This document shows, piece by piece, positions 21,851-31,409 of a stretch of DNA of 64,000 bases; the first letter of the stretch is position 1, and each line of letters begins with the position of its first letter. The DNA is from Acidobacteriota bacterium. Its GTDB lineage: Bacteria > Acidobacteriota > UBA890 > WLXD01. The DNA is taken from positions 112,522 to 176,521 of the forward strand of contig CAXWPH010000010.1 in NCBI GenBank assembly GCA_963666055.2, in the 5' to 3' direction. Made by a program: the position numbers and the translations under genes. The notes under the pieces are model-generated. The model was not told the DNA's origin and made no database searches. It saw only the letters and a list, made by a program, of their open reading frames with translations.

Positions 21851-22840
21851 TTACTGCTGCCCGATCTGCGCCTTGAGCGCCAAGATCATCTGCTCGATGT
21901 TGTCGCGGTCCGGGGCGTCCGGCGCTTGCTCCAAGTATCCCTCGAGCATCGTGATCGACTTGTCGTACTCCTGCGTCTGCAAGTACGCATAGCCGAGGTT
22001 CTTGCGAGCCACCGGGAAGTCCTCCCGCAAGGCCAGCGCACGCTCCATGTGCTCGATGCCCTCTTCTATGTGCTGCAGCTGCAGCATGACGGCACCGGCG
22101 TTGTATTGCAGCTCGGGGTTGTCGAGCGCCTGGGCCGCCGCTATTCGGAGGTGGGTCAGCGCCCCCTCGAAGTCCTGCCTGGCGGTGTAAACCTGTCCCG
22201 CCAGCTGGTGGGCCGAGCGGCTGTTCGGTCTCACCTTCATCATCTCGTCGGTCGCAGCCAGCGTGGCATCGTGGTCGCCCTGCGCGAAGCTACCCAGCGC
22301 CAGGATCTCGTGGGCGCTCACCCGCATCGTATCCACGCCTTCGCCGCTGACCCCTCGCATGCCCTCCAGCAACTCGTCGATTAGGGATTTCATGCTGGCC
22401 CAGTCCTTTGCCTCGTAGGCGGCAAAGCCTTCCTCATAGAGCTTGTTGATGGCGTCGTAGTCGACCAGATCCGCAGGCACTCCCAGCGCCAGTACGGCAT
22501 CGTAGGTGTTGGGCCCGTGGCTGAACCGAATACCGCTGTTGTACACAGTGTCGTAGCCATCTGCCTCGACGCGCACGCTGTAGTCCAAGGTGGCGTAGAA
22601 GCCACGGCCCTGGAACTCGCCGTTTTCGTCAGCAGTCAGGGTGCGCTCACGCCCGTACTCGGGGTCGGTGATCATCACCCGCGCCCCGGCAATTGGTACC
22701 CCGTCGGTGTCTATGACCGTGCCGCCGACGCTACAGTCGGCGATCCCCTGAGCCAGGACCGACGGCGCGGTCGTCAGCACCAGACCAGCGGCTAGGACGG
22801 AGGTCAACATTGTCGTGAAGCGTCGTGTCGGTGAGAGCAT
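21851..22840 (-). CDS. Carboxypeptidase-regulatory-like domain + TPR protein
   Basis: Signal peptide, GTVIDTDGVPIAGARV, TPR repeats (YNAGAV, ARKNLGYAY). Confidence 0.8.
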   Translation of the reverse strand: MLSPTRRFTTMLTSVLAAGLVLTTAPSVLAQGIADCSVGGTVIDTDGVPIAGARVMITDPEYGRERTLTADENGEFQGRGFYATLDYSVRVEADGYDTVYNSGIRFSHGPNTYDAVLALGVPADLVDYDAINKLYEEGFAAYEAKDWASMKSLIDELLEGMRGVSGEGVDTMRVSAHEILALGSFAQGDHDATLAATDEMMKVRPNSRSAHQLAGQVYTARQDFEGALTHLRIAAAQALDNPELQYNAGAVMLQLQHIEEGIEHMERALALREDFPVARKNLGYAYLQTQEYDKSITMLEGYLEQAPDAPDRDNIEQMILALKAQIGQQ

Positions 22841-22976
22841 GCAAGCCTCCTGTCGGCCTGACCCTGTGTGTCCAGAAACGATGTAATTGTACCTTAGCGC
22901 ACTCGTCACGATGCTCAAGGTCTCCAGCGAGGAGCCTGCTCCTAAAAGCTGTCTTCAGCAGCGTACGAGACCACCG

Positions 22977-23888
22977 CTACGATCTTGTCACCGGCGTGCC
23001 TTCGAGCGCTAGGGCGACGGTAGCGCAGTGAATATCGACGATATCCGCCATTTCGGTGGAGTATCCGCCGGCCATCACGACCGCCACCGGAAGGCCGCGA
23101 TCGCGACACCAGTCGAGCACACAGCGATCGCGCCTTGCCAGACCTTCCTTCGACAGCGCCAAGCGCCCGAGTCGATCACCGGCGAACGGGTCCGCCCCCG
23201 AGACGTATACGGCCAGGTCCGCCGCATGGTGCGCCGGCCCGTCAGCCAGGGCGCGTTCGAGCGCGTTCAAGTACTCGACATCGGCCACGGCGTCGTCGAG
23301 CGCGACGTCGAGGTCGCCTGCCTCCTTGCGGAAGGGGAAATTGCGTCGCCCGTGCATCGAGAATGTGAACACGCTTGGATCGCCGCGGAAAATCGCCGCG
23401 GTCCCGTTGCCCTGATGCACGTCGCAGTCCACTACCACCACCCGTTGGGCTCGCTGCGCGCGTTGCTGCACGCGAATCGCCACCGCGACGTCATTGAAGA
23501 CGCAATAGCCCTCACCGCGATCGGCAAACGCGTGGTGCGTGCCACCAGCGAGATTCACCCCTACGCCATACTCAAGCGCTGCTGCGCACGCGGCGATCGT
23601 CGCGCCGACGGACCGACGCGATCGCTCGACGAGCTGTGGTGACCACGGGAAGCCGATGCGCCGGATCTCGCTCGACGTCAGCAGCCCCTCGGTCACACGC
23701 CGGACGTACTCGTCCGTATGAGCCAGGCGGAGCTCGCCGTCCGTGGCGGCAGCGGGCACCTCGAGATCGGCGTGCGAAACCACGCCGCTGTCGAGCAAAC
23801 GCTCGCGCAACCGACAGTACTTCGCCATCGGAAAGCGATGTCCGGAGGGCAACGGCAGCACGAACTCGTCGCTGTAGAAGAGTCGCAC
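22977..23888 (-). CDS. Histone deacetylase family protein
   Basis: HRFPMAKY, GGTHHA, GYCVFND, DCDVHQGNG, GADP, GGY. Confidence 0.93.
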   Translation of the reverse strand: MRLFYSDEFVLPLPSGHRFPMAKYCRLRERLLDSGVVSHADLEVPAAATDGELRLAHTDEYVRRVTEGLLTSSEIRRIGFPWSPQLVERSRRSVGATIAACAAALEYGVGVNLAGGTHHAFADRGEGYCVFNDVAVAIRVQQRAQRAQRVVVVDCDVHQGNGTAAIFRGDPSVFTFSMHGRRNFPFRKEAGDLDVALDDAVADVEYLNALERALADGPAHHAADLAVYVSGADPFAGDRLGRLALSKEGLARRDRCVLDWCRDRGLPVAVVMAGGYSTEMADIVDIHCATVALALEGTPVTRS

Positions 23889-23936
23889 GCGGTGTCTATC
23901 TAGCTTCGCAACCAGATGTGCTCAGCAACCCCGCCG

Positions 23937-24887
23937 TCACTGCGACAGTAAGGTCGGACAGAATACCGACACCTGCTCCAGCATGCGGCCCTTCTGTCCG
24001 CCCGTAAACCGCACCATGCATTGATCGTCCGCATAGTCCATGAAGTTGGTCGTCGGATCGCGCCGCGGCACGGCCGGACACGAGTCCTTCTTCAGCGGTC
24101 AACCCTCCGTTGGCACTCCTTCAGCAGGCGTATCGTCGACACGGTCCCCCAACCCTGTACAGCCACCCTGAAAGGTGTGATAGAGGCCCAGATAGTGGCC
24201 CACCTCATGCGTCAGGGTGTCCCCTTCGTTGAAGCGGGCGAAGGCGCCGCCGGGCATCGATGCGTAGTGGATAACGACCCCATGCATCGGATCGGCCTCG
24301 TCCCCCCAGTCGTTGGGAAACCACGCGTAGCCGAGAATCGAGTCGGTCGGTCGGCATGTGTACACGTTGAGGGTGGTGGCGGGGTCGACGGCGTGCTTTC
24401 TCTTGAAGCTCCGCTCGACGCCCAGGTCCAAGCATTTGGAGGCGAATCGGTTGTGGTCGTGGCGGATGATCTCTCTGAGCTTGAACTTGAACCCCTTGCT
24501 ACTGAAGGAGTCGCTGAGAACGGCCATCTGGTCGTCGACCTGTTGATCGGTGACATCGAACTCGCCGTTCTTCTTTCGCACGATGTGGAAGGCCACCGGG
24601 ATGGTGATCTTGCCCGCTAGCTCCTCCACGCCTCGTTGCGGCAGCTCACTGGCAACCACCATGTCCACCAGATCCTTCTCGGCCTCGCTCACCGGCCTCG
24701 TGGCGCAGCGAAGAGGGGCCGTGGCGTCGTCGAGCGCCCCGGCCGTCGAGCTCCGAACCAGCTGTGAGCGATCCCAGCCGTGAGCAGACTCACGAAGCGT
24801 CTGGCGGGCGGTTCGATGTTGTGCGGGTGCCGCCGCGAACGCCAAGAGCACGCACGAAACACCAATGGCTACCACGGCCTTGTGCAT
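23937..24887 (-). CDS. M43 (ulilysin/pappalysin-like) zinc metalloprotease with in-frame TGA at 24099-24101
   Basis: Signal peptide, HEVGHYLGLYH; the frame continues past TGA as PLKKDSCPAVPRRDPTTNFMDYADDQCMVRFTGGQKGRM (Met-turn) to a stop at 23937. Confidence 0.85.
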
Positions 24888-25050
24888 CAGAGAGCGGCCT
24901 CCTGAGGCCATCCGGAGAGGATAACCAATAGCTTACAGGCGCACGCGCCAGCCGGCACGGCGAGTGGCGTGGCTGATGTGAGCTACGCGGCTCATGGAAC
25001 GACTGGTCCATGCGCGGCACGACGCCGACCGTGCATCAGGCTAGCAGGCG

Positions 25051-25770
25051 CTAGCGCCGCATCGCCAACAAGTCCGGCACGGTAACCATCCTGAACCCTC
25101 GCCGGGAAAGGTTGGCGACCATCCACCGCGTCGCGGTAACCACATGGTCCCGCGCGCCGCCTCCGTCGTGGAGCAGGACGATCGAGCCCGGGCGAACCTG
25201 AGTAAGGGTGCGCAGCGCCACACGTTGAGCCGACCGCGTGCTCCAGTCCCTTGCTTGCACCGACCACAAGATAACCGTGTGGCCGCGGGACGCCGGGATG
25301 CTATGCGGTCCTCGCAGCCGCGAGTCCATGGTTCCATAGGGCGGCCGGAGCAGCCACGGGCGTAGTCCCGTCGCCCTCTGGATCGCCTCGGCGGCGCGTT
25401 CGATCTCGGTGCGAATCTGCCCATCCGCCAGCGTCGGCAGCGATCGATGCGTGAACGAGTGATTGCCTATGGCATGCCCCTCGCGCACGATCCGTCTCGC
25501 CAGCCCCGGGTGACGCACTACGTTCTCGCCGATCAGGAAGAACGTCGCGACCACGCCATGATCCCGCAGGACGTCGAGGATCTGGGCAGTGTCAGGGTCG
25601 CGCGGGCCATCGTCGAAGGTCAGGGCGATGACGGGCTCAGAAACGTCGACCCTGGAGACAACCTGATCCGACTGCGCCAGGCTGACGACGGCCTCGAACG
25701 GGGCGGCACGTGCAACCGTACCACTCGCAGCGAGCCCCGCTGCCAGGACCAAAGAAAGCCGTCGCACCAT
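25051..25770 (-). CDS. Polysaccharide deacetylase (NodB/CE4)
   Basis: TFDDGP, HSFTH, RPPYG, IVLLHDG. Confidence 0.93.
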   Translation of the reverse strand: MVRRLSLVLAAGLAASGTVARAAPFEAVVSLAQSDQVVSRVDVSEPVIALTFDDGPRDPDTAQILDVLRDHGVVATFFLIGENVVRHPGLARRIVREGHAIGNHSFTHRSLPTLADGQIRTEIERAAEAIQRATGLRPWLLRPPYGTMDSRLRGPHSIPASRGHTVILWSVQARDWSTRSAQRVALRTLTQVRPGSIVLLHDGGGARDHVVTATRWMVANLSRRGFRMVTVPDLLAMRR

Positions 25771-25903
25771 CTCCTGCTCCGAGTCTCAGACCGGTGCACG
25801 AGTATAGCCGCTGGGGTATGCGCCTGGCCGACCCGCCAATACCTTTACGAGCTTTGTATGCCGATTCCGGCCAGAAACGGCTCGGTCGGGGTCTAGTGTC
25901 CCA

Positions 25904-25975
25904 CTAGCAGGCCGTGGTGGAAATGCGGTGGGCCCTGCTAGCAGGCCGTGGTGAAAGTGTGGTGGGCCCTGCTAG
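25904..25975. repeat. Two tandem 34-bp minimal MITE units separated by CTAG
   Basis: CTAG-CAGGCCGTGGTGGAAATGCGGTGGGCCCTG-CTAG-CAGGCCGTGGTGAAAGTGTGGTGGGCCCTG-CTAG. Confidence 0.8.
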
Positions 25976-26769
25976 GAGCCGCTTCGGACGTAGATCGTGA
26001 TAGCGGGCCCGAACAGAGCCACAAACGCCGGGTTCTCGGCGCTGACCATATCGATGATGTTCAGGTCGGGCAAGAAGTTCAGCCGCCGGCGGATCGGCAC
26101 GGCCACCTTGAGGTGCTTTTCCAGGTCGCTTTCCGCCTGGCGCCGCTGAGCCGGCTGCGACAGGCCACGGTAAATCACCATGAACGAGAATTCGCGGTGC
26201 GAGTCAGTGGACCGCAGGCCGGCGCCGTAGAGATAGAGCGCCTCCAGCCACGCGAAGTCGTCCCAGGTGCCATCGAGCGAGGCCAGCGAGACTGCCACCT
26301 CCTGCACGGTCATCTTCCTGATACGACGACGCCTCGGCCTAGGGCGCGCCGCCTCCTGCGCCGTGGGGTCGGCTACTTTGATGGCAGCTTTCGTCACCGC
26401 GGGCTTCTTCACCGCGGGCTTCTTTTTCACCGCAGGCCTCTTCTTCACCGCAGGCCTCTTCTTCACCGCAGGCCTCTTCTTCACCGCAGGCCTCTTCTTC
26501 ACCGCAGGCCTCTTCTTCACCGCAGGCCTCTTCTTCACCGCAGGCCTCTTCTTCACCGCAGGCTTCTTCACCGCAGGCTTCTTTTTCACCGCAGGCTTCT
26601 TTTTCACCGCAGGCTTCTTTTTCACCGCAGGCTTCTTCTTCTTCTTCACCGCAGGCTTCTTCTTCACCGCAGGCTTCTTTTTCACCGCAGGCTTCTTTTT
26701 CACCGCAGGCTTCTTCTTCACCGCAGGCTTCTTCTTCGCCACTTTCTTGTTGGCCTTCTTCCTGGCCAT
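25972..26769 (-). CDS. Histone H1-like Lys-rich repeat protein with C-terminal globular domain
   Basis: MARKK start, ~19 KK(K/R)PAV repeats, then ~110-aa folded domain. Confidence 0.8.
   Translation of the reverse strand: MARKKANKKVAKKKPAVKKKPAVKKKPAVKKKPAVKKKPAVKKKKKPAVKKKPAVKKKPAVKKKPAVKKPAVKKRPAVKKRPAVKKRPAVKKRPAVKKRPAVKKRPAVKKRPAVKKKPAVKKPAVTKAAIKVADPTAQEAARPRPRRRRIRKMTVQEVAVSLASLDGTWDDFAWLEALYLYGAGLRSTDSHREFSFMVIYRGLSQPAQRRQAESDLEKHLKVAVPIRRRLNFLPDLNIIDMVSAENPAFVALFGPAITIYVRSGS
26395..26736 (-). repeat. 18-bp coding tandem repeat (AAGAAGA(A/G)GCCTGCGGTG)
   Basis: Direct inspection; ~19 units with a few in-frame length variants. Confidence 0.9.
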
Positions 26770-27069
26770 GGGATACCTCTCGACACTCGGGAGACTGCCA
26801 TCGGCCATACCCGCTGGCGGCTACGACAGCGTAGAGCCCCGATCGTGCAGGCGTGCGCGACCGAGCCCGGCAAGAAATCGTGAAACATTACCGGGTTAGT
26901 TTCGCTTTATATTCGTTTTATAAGACGAATGTAATACGAATAAAAGTCCTTTTCGAGCCTCCCCCAGGCCCTCTTATGGACCGAGGCTACGCTTCGCGTC
27001 AATGGGCTGACGCGCCGACCGATGATTCCGTCGACCGCGCCGGTTGGCCGCGCAGGCTACGCTGGCGAC

Positions 27070-27927
27070 GTGAGCCTGCGAGAGCGAATGAGGTTCTGGC
27101 AACAGTTCCGGCGGCAAGCCGCCACCACGGGGGCACTGACGCCGTCCTCCCGATACCTGGCCACGGCCATGGTCCGCCCGCTTCGGCAGCACCGGAGGAC
27201 GACACCAGCGGAGCCGGTTCAAGTTGTCGAGATGGGCCCGGGCACGGGGGCCATCACGCGCGAGATCGTTCGCCTCCTACGGCCCGGCGATACACTCGAT
27301 TGCTACGAGATCGATGACGGATTCGCGAGCTACCTGCGGCAGCAGGTGGCCACCGACGAGCTATTCGAATCGGTGCGCGATGGTGTGCGCGTGCACGTGA
27401 TGCCGGCTCAGGCAGCAAGCCTGGAGAGCGCCGCTCAGTTCGTCATCTGCAGTGTGCCGCTGAACAACCTGGCGCCCGACGTTGTGCACGACATCTTTCG
27501 TACCGGCGCACGACTCCTCGACGGACGAGGGTGGTTCACGTATTTCGAATACATTGCGCTGCCAGCGCTCAAGCGGCGCTTCACGGGCGCCCGCGAGCGT
27601 CAACGCATCGACGGGGTCCGGCAAGTCAAGCGCAGGCATCGCGCAGGTGGTGCGGAGAGACAGGTGGTCTGGGCCAATCTCCCGCCGGCACGGGCGGTAC
27701 ATTTACACCTCGACCAGCGTCGTCAGGAAAACGTCGATGTCGGCGACGGTATTCCAGATACCCGGCGCTACCCGCAGGCCTCCTTCGCGCAGGCTCACCC
27801 CCACGCCCGCCTTCCGAAGCCGCGTGTGAGCCTCGAGCGTCGCCTCGGTGGTTTGCCCGACGAGCCGCAGGATTGTGGAGCGTTGTTCGGGAATCAGCGA
27901 GCTGGCGACACGAAAGCTGGCCGGTAG
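27070..27927 (+). CDS. Class I SAM methyltransferase (PmtA-like phospholipid N-methyltransferase)
   Basis: TGALTPSSRYLA, VVEMGPGTGAIT, NLPPARAV; frame runs 225 nt into the convergent gene. Confidence 0.8.
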   Translation: MSLRERMRFWQQFRRQAATTGALTPSSRYLATAMVRPLRQHRRTTPAEPVQVVEMGPGTGAITREIVRLLRPGDTLDCYEIDDGFASYLRQQVATDELFESVRDGVRVHVMPAQAASLESAAQFVICSVPLNNLAPDVVHDIFRTGARLLDGRGWFTYFEYIALPALKRRFTGARERQRIDGVRQVKRRHRAGGAERQVVWANLPPARAVHLHLDQRRQENVDVGDGIPDTRRYPQASFAQAHPHARLPKPRVSLERRLGGLPDEPQDCGALFGNQRAGDTKAGR

Positions 27928-28821
27928 TCCATCAATCAATCGATCGAGAAGCACCGTAGAGTGAGCGGCTACCGCGTCGATACCCGTCTCGACCAAGAAC
28001 TCGAGCGACTCGGCCATGGCGGCGCCATGGATGAACGCTGCCGTTTCCGGCACGTCGAAGCGGATCGCACCGGGACGGTGTCGTGGCTCCAGGTCCGCCA
28101 GCCGGTTGAAGTCGTCGGCACCGACGATCGTCGCCCAGTTGAATGTCGGCAGCCGGAGCCGCTCGACCCATGTCGGATGCACATAGGTAACGCCGGTGCC
28201 ATAGGGTGACATGAGCCACTTGTACCCGGCGATCGCGACCACGGACGCCTTGCATCGGGCGACGTCGAAAGGGATTGCACCAACCGACTGCGAGGCGTCG
28301 ACGAGAAAGAGTGCGCCGTGCTGCTCGCAAGCTGAACCAATGGCGTCAAGGTCAAGCCGCCGTCCGTTCGCGAAGTTCACGTGACCGACGCTCACCACCC
28401 GGGTGCGCCGGCAGATTGCCGCCACCACGTCGTCGGGATCGACGAAATCCACCTCCACGCCAAGTGCTCGCAGCCCCAGCCATGGGAGATTGTTGGCAGG
28501 AAACTCCCCGGTCGGTACGACGACGCGATCGTCGGCGCTCCATTCGAGGCCGCAGGCTACAAGGCTGATCCCGTGCGAAGCCCCTGTGGCCACAGCAACG
28601 TCGTGCGGACAGCAACCGAGCAGCTCCGACGCCGCTCCACGAATGCGGTCGGGAAGGGAGAAGTAAGCTGCATCGTCGAGCCCGGACGGGTCGCGTTTCC
28701 AGTCCAGAGCGCGCTCGGCGGCGGCAATCGCGCGTCGCGCCATCGGCCCTTGGTTGGCCCCATCGAGGTAGACGCGACCGCGTAGATCGAACTCGTTGCT
28801 CAGATCCAGCGTTGCTGTCAA
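27703..28821 (-). CDS. Class V PLP aminotransferase
   Basis: YLDGANQGP, VDASQSVG, GYKWLMSPYG; TTG start coupled to upstream stop. Confidence 0.87.
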   Translation of the reverse strand: MTATLDLSNEFDLRGRVYLDGANQGPMARRAIAAAERALDWKRDPSGLDDAAYFSLPDRIRGAASELLGCCPHDVAVATGASHGISLVACGLEWSADDRVVVPTGEFPANNLPWLGLRALGVEVDFVDPDDVVAAICRRTRVVSVGHVNFANGRRLDLDAIGSACEQHGALFLVDASQSVGAIPFDVARCKASVVAIAGYKWLMSPYGTGVTYVHPTWVERLRLPTFNWATIVGADDFNRLADLEPRHRPGAIRFDVPETAAFIHGAAMAESLEFLVETGIDAVAAHSTVLLDRLIDGLPASFRVASSLIPEQRSTILRLVGQTTEATLEAHTRLRKAGVGVSLREGGLRVAPGIWNTVADIDVFLTTLVEV

Positions 28822-29678
28822 AAGGGCGCGTCTTCGGAAGCCGGGTGTGACTCGTAGAAGCGGTCGATCGCTTCCCACGCTTGGACAGCCGTGTCAGCCC
28901 AGCTGATCAACTCCAGATCTTCCGGACCGATGGTACCGGCGGCAGCCAAAGCTTCGAGGTTCACCACCTGCGACCACCAGGCCCGGCCGAAGATCACTAC
29001 CGGGATCCGCCGCATCTTGCCGGTCTGGATGAGCGTCAACGCCTCGAACAACTCGTCGAGCGTCCCGAAGCCACCCGGAAAAGCCACCATCGCGCGCGCC
29101 CGCAACAAGAAATGCATCTTGCGCATAGCGAAGTAGTGAAAGTTAAAGCAGAGCTCGGGCGTTATGTACGGGTTCGGTACCTGCTCGTGCTCGATCTCGA
29201 TGTTGAACGCCATCGTCGCCTGACCTGCCTCGCTGGCACCGCGATTCGCCGCTTCCATGATCCCGGGACCACCACCGGTCGTCACAACGAAATCGAGAGG
29301 CTCGTCGGCCTGCTCATACTTCGCCGCCATCGACGCGAAGAGCCTTGCCTCCTGGTAATAGGGCACCAGCTCGGAGAGCTTGAGCGCTCGCGTGAGTGCC
29401 GCCTGAATCTCCGGATCGTCCGGAGCGCCGGCCGCCGCCTCGCGGGCGTTGGCGCAGGCGCGCTCCGAGTCCTCCGGCGACGGAATTCGCGCGCTGCCGA
29501 AGACGACGATCGTCGACTTGACGTTCATCTGCAGCTGCATGAGCTGCGGCTTGGCGTACTCAAGCGCCAGTCGGTAACTGCGTAGTTCTGGGCGGCTCAG
29601 GAAATCTGGGTCCTGGTACGCCAGTCGGTGGCTGGGCAGATCGGACAATGGAACGGTGGGGTCGCTGGTGTCGCTCAT
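28818..29678 (-). CDS. LOG family (TIGR00730-like) protein
   Basis: VFGSAR, TGGGPGIMEAANRGA, FPGGFGTLDE. Confidence 0.92.
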   Translation of the reverse strand: MSDTSDPTVPLSDLPSHRLAYQDPDFLSRPELRSYRLALEYAKPQLMQLQMNVKSTIVVFGSARIPSPEDSERACANAREAAAGAPDDPEIQAALTRALKLSELVPYYQEARLFASMAAKYEQADEPLDFVVTTGGGPGIMEAANRGASEAGQATMAFNIEIEHEQVPNPYITPELCFNFHYFAMRKMHFLLRARAMVAFPGGFGTLDELFEALTLIQTGKMRRIPVVIFGRAWWSQVVNLEALAAAGTIGPEDLELISWADTAVQAWEAIDRFYESHPASEDAPF

Positions 29679-29741
29679 GACACGAGCTTACTCGCCGCCC
29701 TCGGGGCTCGCCGGCTCGAGAATCGCGTGAGTGCCAGAGAG

Positions 29742-31409
29742 CTACCGAACACGGGTCGCCCGACGCAACGAATCAACAACTAACTCGAGCGAATCGGCAA
29801 CCGGGACGCGTAGGTGCACCCGCACCACGGACCGTTGACGCTCGCGCAGGGCCTCGACGTCGCTGAGGGCCTGGGCGCGAGCCAGCGTTCCCATCGTATA
29901 CGGCCGGCCGGGGATATCCAGATCTTCAGCATCGTCCGCCGTAAAGACGAGATAGACACCCTTCGGCGGCCCTCCCTTGTGAAGCTGGCCGGTCGAATGC
30001 AGGTAACGCGGCCCCCAGCCGAGTGTCGTCGCAAGCCCAAAGCGCGCTACGACAAGAACACGGATTTCATCGAGCAGCGCGGTGATGTGGACGTTGGTAG
30101 GGAGGAACGCCAGCAGCGCACAATAGCCGTCGGCCGCCGTTGCACAACGCTGGGCAAGCCACCTACCGAGCGCGTCCCGGTCGTCGCCAAACCCACTGAC
30201 CGTCTCCTCCGATACATAGACGCTCATGTGCTTGTCGTCGAAGGCTGGAGTCGAATCCGGCGGCCGGTCTCCGTCCTGAGTGCGATCCAGCATGCACTGT
30301 GTGCGAACTTTTGCCGACGCTACATCCGGCTCATCGAAGGGGTTGATCTCCATCAGTGCTCCCGCGGCGGCAACGGCAACCTCCCAGCGTAGAAACTCGG
30401 CTCCGAGGTCAGCCGGATCCGATAGCGTGTAGTGGATCACCGGGTGTCCCGCTGCAACCAACTCCTCACCGATGAGACGGGTCCGATCGCTGTCCTCGGT
30501 GCTGTCATCAACAATCACGAACAGCCGATCCGACCCGTAACGAGCCCCCTCGAAGATCGGCTCGCGGACGACCGGAACCAGCCCCTTGCCTTGCTTCCCG
30601 GTGCTCTCGGCAACGAGTTGCTCCGCCCAATCCGCAAAGCCCGCTAGTCGAGGCACGGTTACGAAAGTGATCTTGTCCCGGCCGGCAGCGAAAGCCTCCG
30701 CCAGGATGATCCCCAGCCTCACGCTGGTGTCGCCTGACGAGCTGCGACGCGATTCGGCTTCAACAGCCCGATCAACCAGCGCTGCGACCGGAACTCCGGA
30801 AAGCGCCGCAGGCACGAGGCCGAAGTAGGAAAGCGCCGAGAACCGTCCGCCTACGTCCATCGGATTGCACCATACCCGGCCGCCACTCTGCTCGACGCGT
30901 GCCTGTAGGGCCGTGCCGGCGTCGGTGATCGCCACCAACTCGACAGCTGAACCCTCACTTGCCGCCATGTGCAAGAACCAGTCGGCCAGCACCGCTGTCT
31001 CCAGCGTCGTCCCAGACTTGCTCGCCACAATCACGGCAGCGCCGGCAAGCTTGATCGCACGCGCCACGCTCATGACCGCATCCGGCACCGTCGAGTCGAC
31101 GACGCGCAGCCCTTCCGAGCCAAATGCCATCGCGCATGCTCTGGCGGCCAGGCTGCTTCCACCCATCCCGATCAGCAGCACACTGCCTGCATGCCTGCCC
31201 GGCCAATCCACCGCGCGCATCGAGGCGGGAAGCTTGAGCCACCCTAGCCGCGAGCCTACAGCCTCGCGTGCGGCACCACCCGCGGCCCAAAGGCCGGGGT
31301 CGCCCGAATAGAGTCTCGAGCTGAACCCTCGACGATCGAGGCGCTGAGCTCGGGCGTCGACAGCTGTTTGGAGCGGCTCGAGAAGGTGTTCCTGCTCAGC
31401 TGTCGGCAT
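29742..31409 (-). CDS. pgi: Glucose-6-phosphate isomerase (type found in Tal-Pgi fusions)
   Basis: GMGGSSL, SKSGTTLET, GGRFSALS, EQLVAESTGK, NPFDEPDV, GPRYLHSTGQLHKGGP. Confidence 0.85.
   Translation of the reverse strand: MPTAEQEHLLEPLQTAVDARAQRLDRRGFSSRLYSGDPGLWAAGGAAREAVGSRLGWLKLPASMRAVDWPGRHAGSVLLIGMGGSSLAARACAMAFGSEGLRVVDSTVPDAVMSVARAIKLAGAAVIVASKSGTTLETAVLADWFLHMAASEGSAVELVAITDAGTALQARVEQSGGRVWCNPMDVGGRFSALSYFGLVPAALSGVPVAALVDRAVEAESRRSSSGDTSVRLGIILAEAFAAGRDKITFVTVPRLAGFADWAEQLVAESTGKQGKGLVPVVREPIFEGARYGSDRLFVIVDDSTEDSDRTRLIGEELVAAGHPVIHYTLSDPADLGAEFLRWEVAVAAAGALMEINPFDEPDVASAKVRTQCMLDRTQDGDRPPDSTPAFDDKHMSVYVSEETVSGFGDDRDALGRWLAQRCATAADGYCALLAFLPTNVHITALLDEIRVLVVARFGLATTLGWGPRYLHSTGQLHKGGPPKGVYLVFTADDAEDLDIPGRPYTMGTLARAQALSDVEALRERQRSVVRVHLRVPVADSLELVVDSLRRATRVR

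Noticed and set aside
26395-26736. Tandem repeats as a CRISPR array
   Set aside because: Contiguous 18-bp units with no unique spacers, in frame in a Lys-rich ORF; no cas genes
25948-26899. Plus-strand LHRR- and FFTAG-repeat ORFs (likewise 46028-46596)
   Set aside because: Antisense/alternative-frame shadows of the Lys-rich repeat genes
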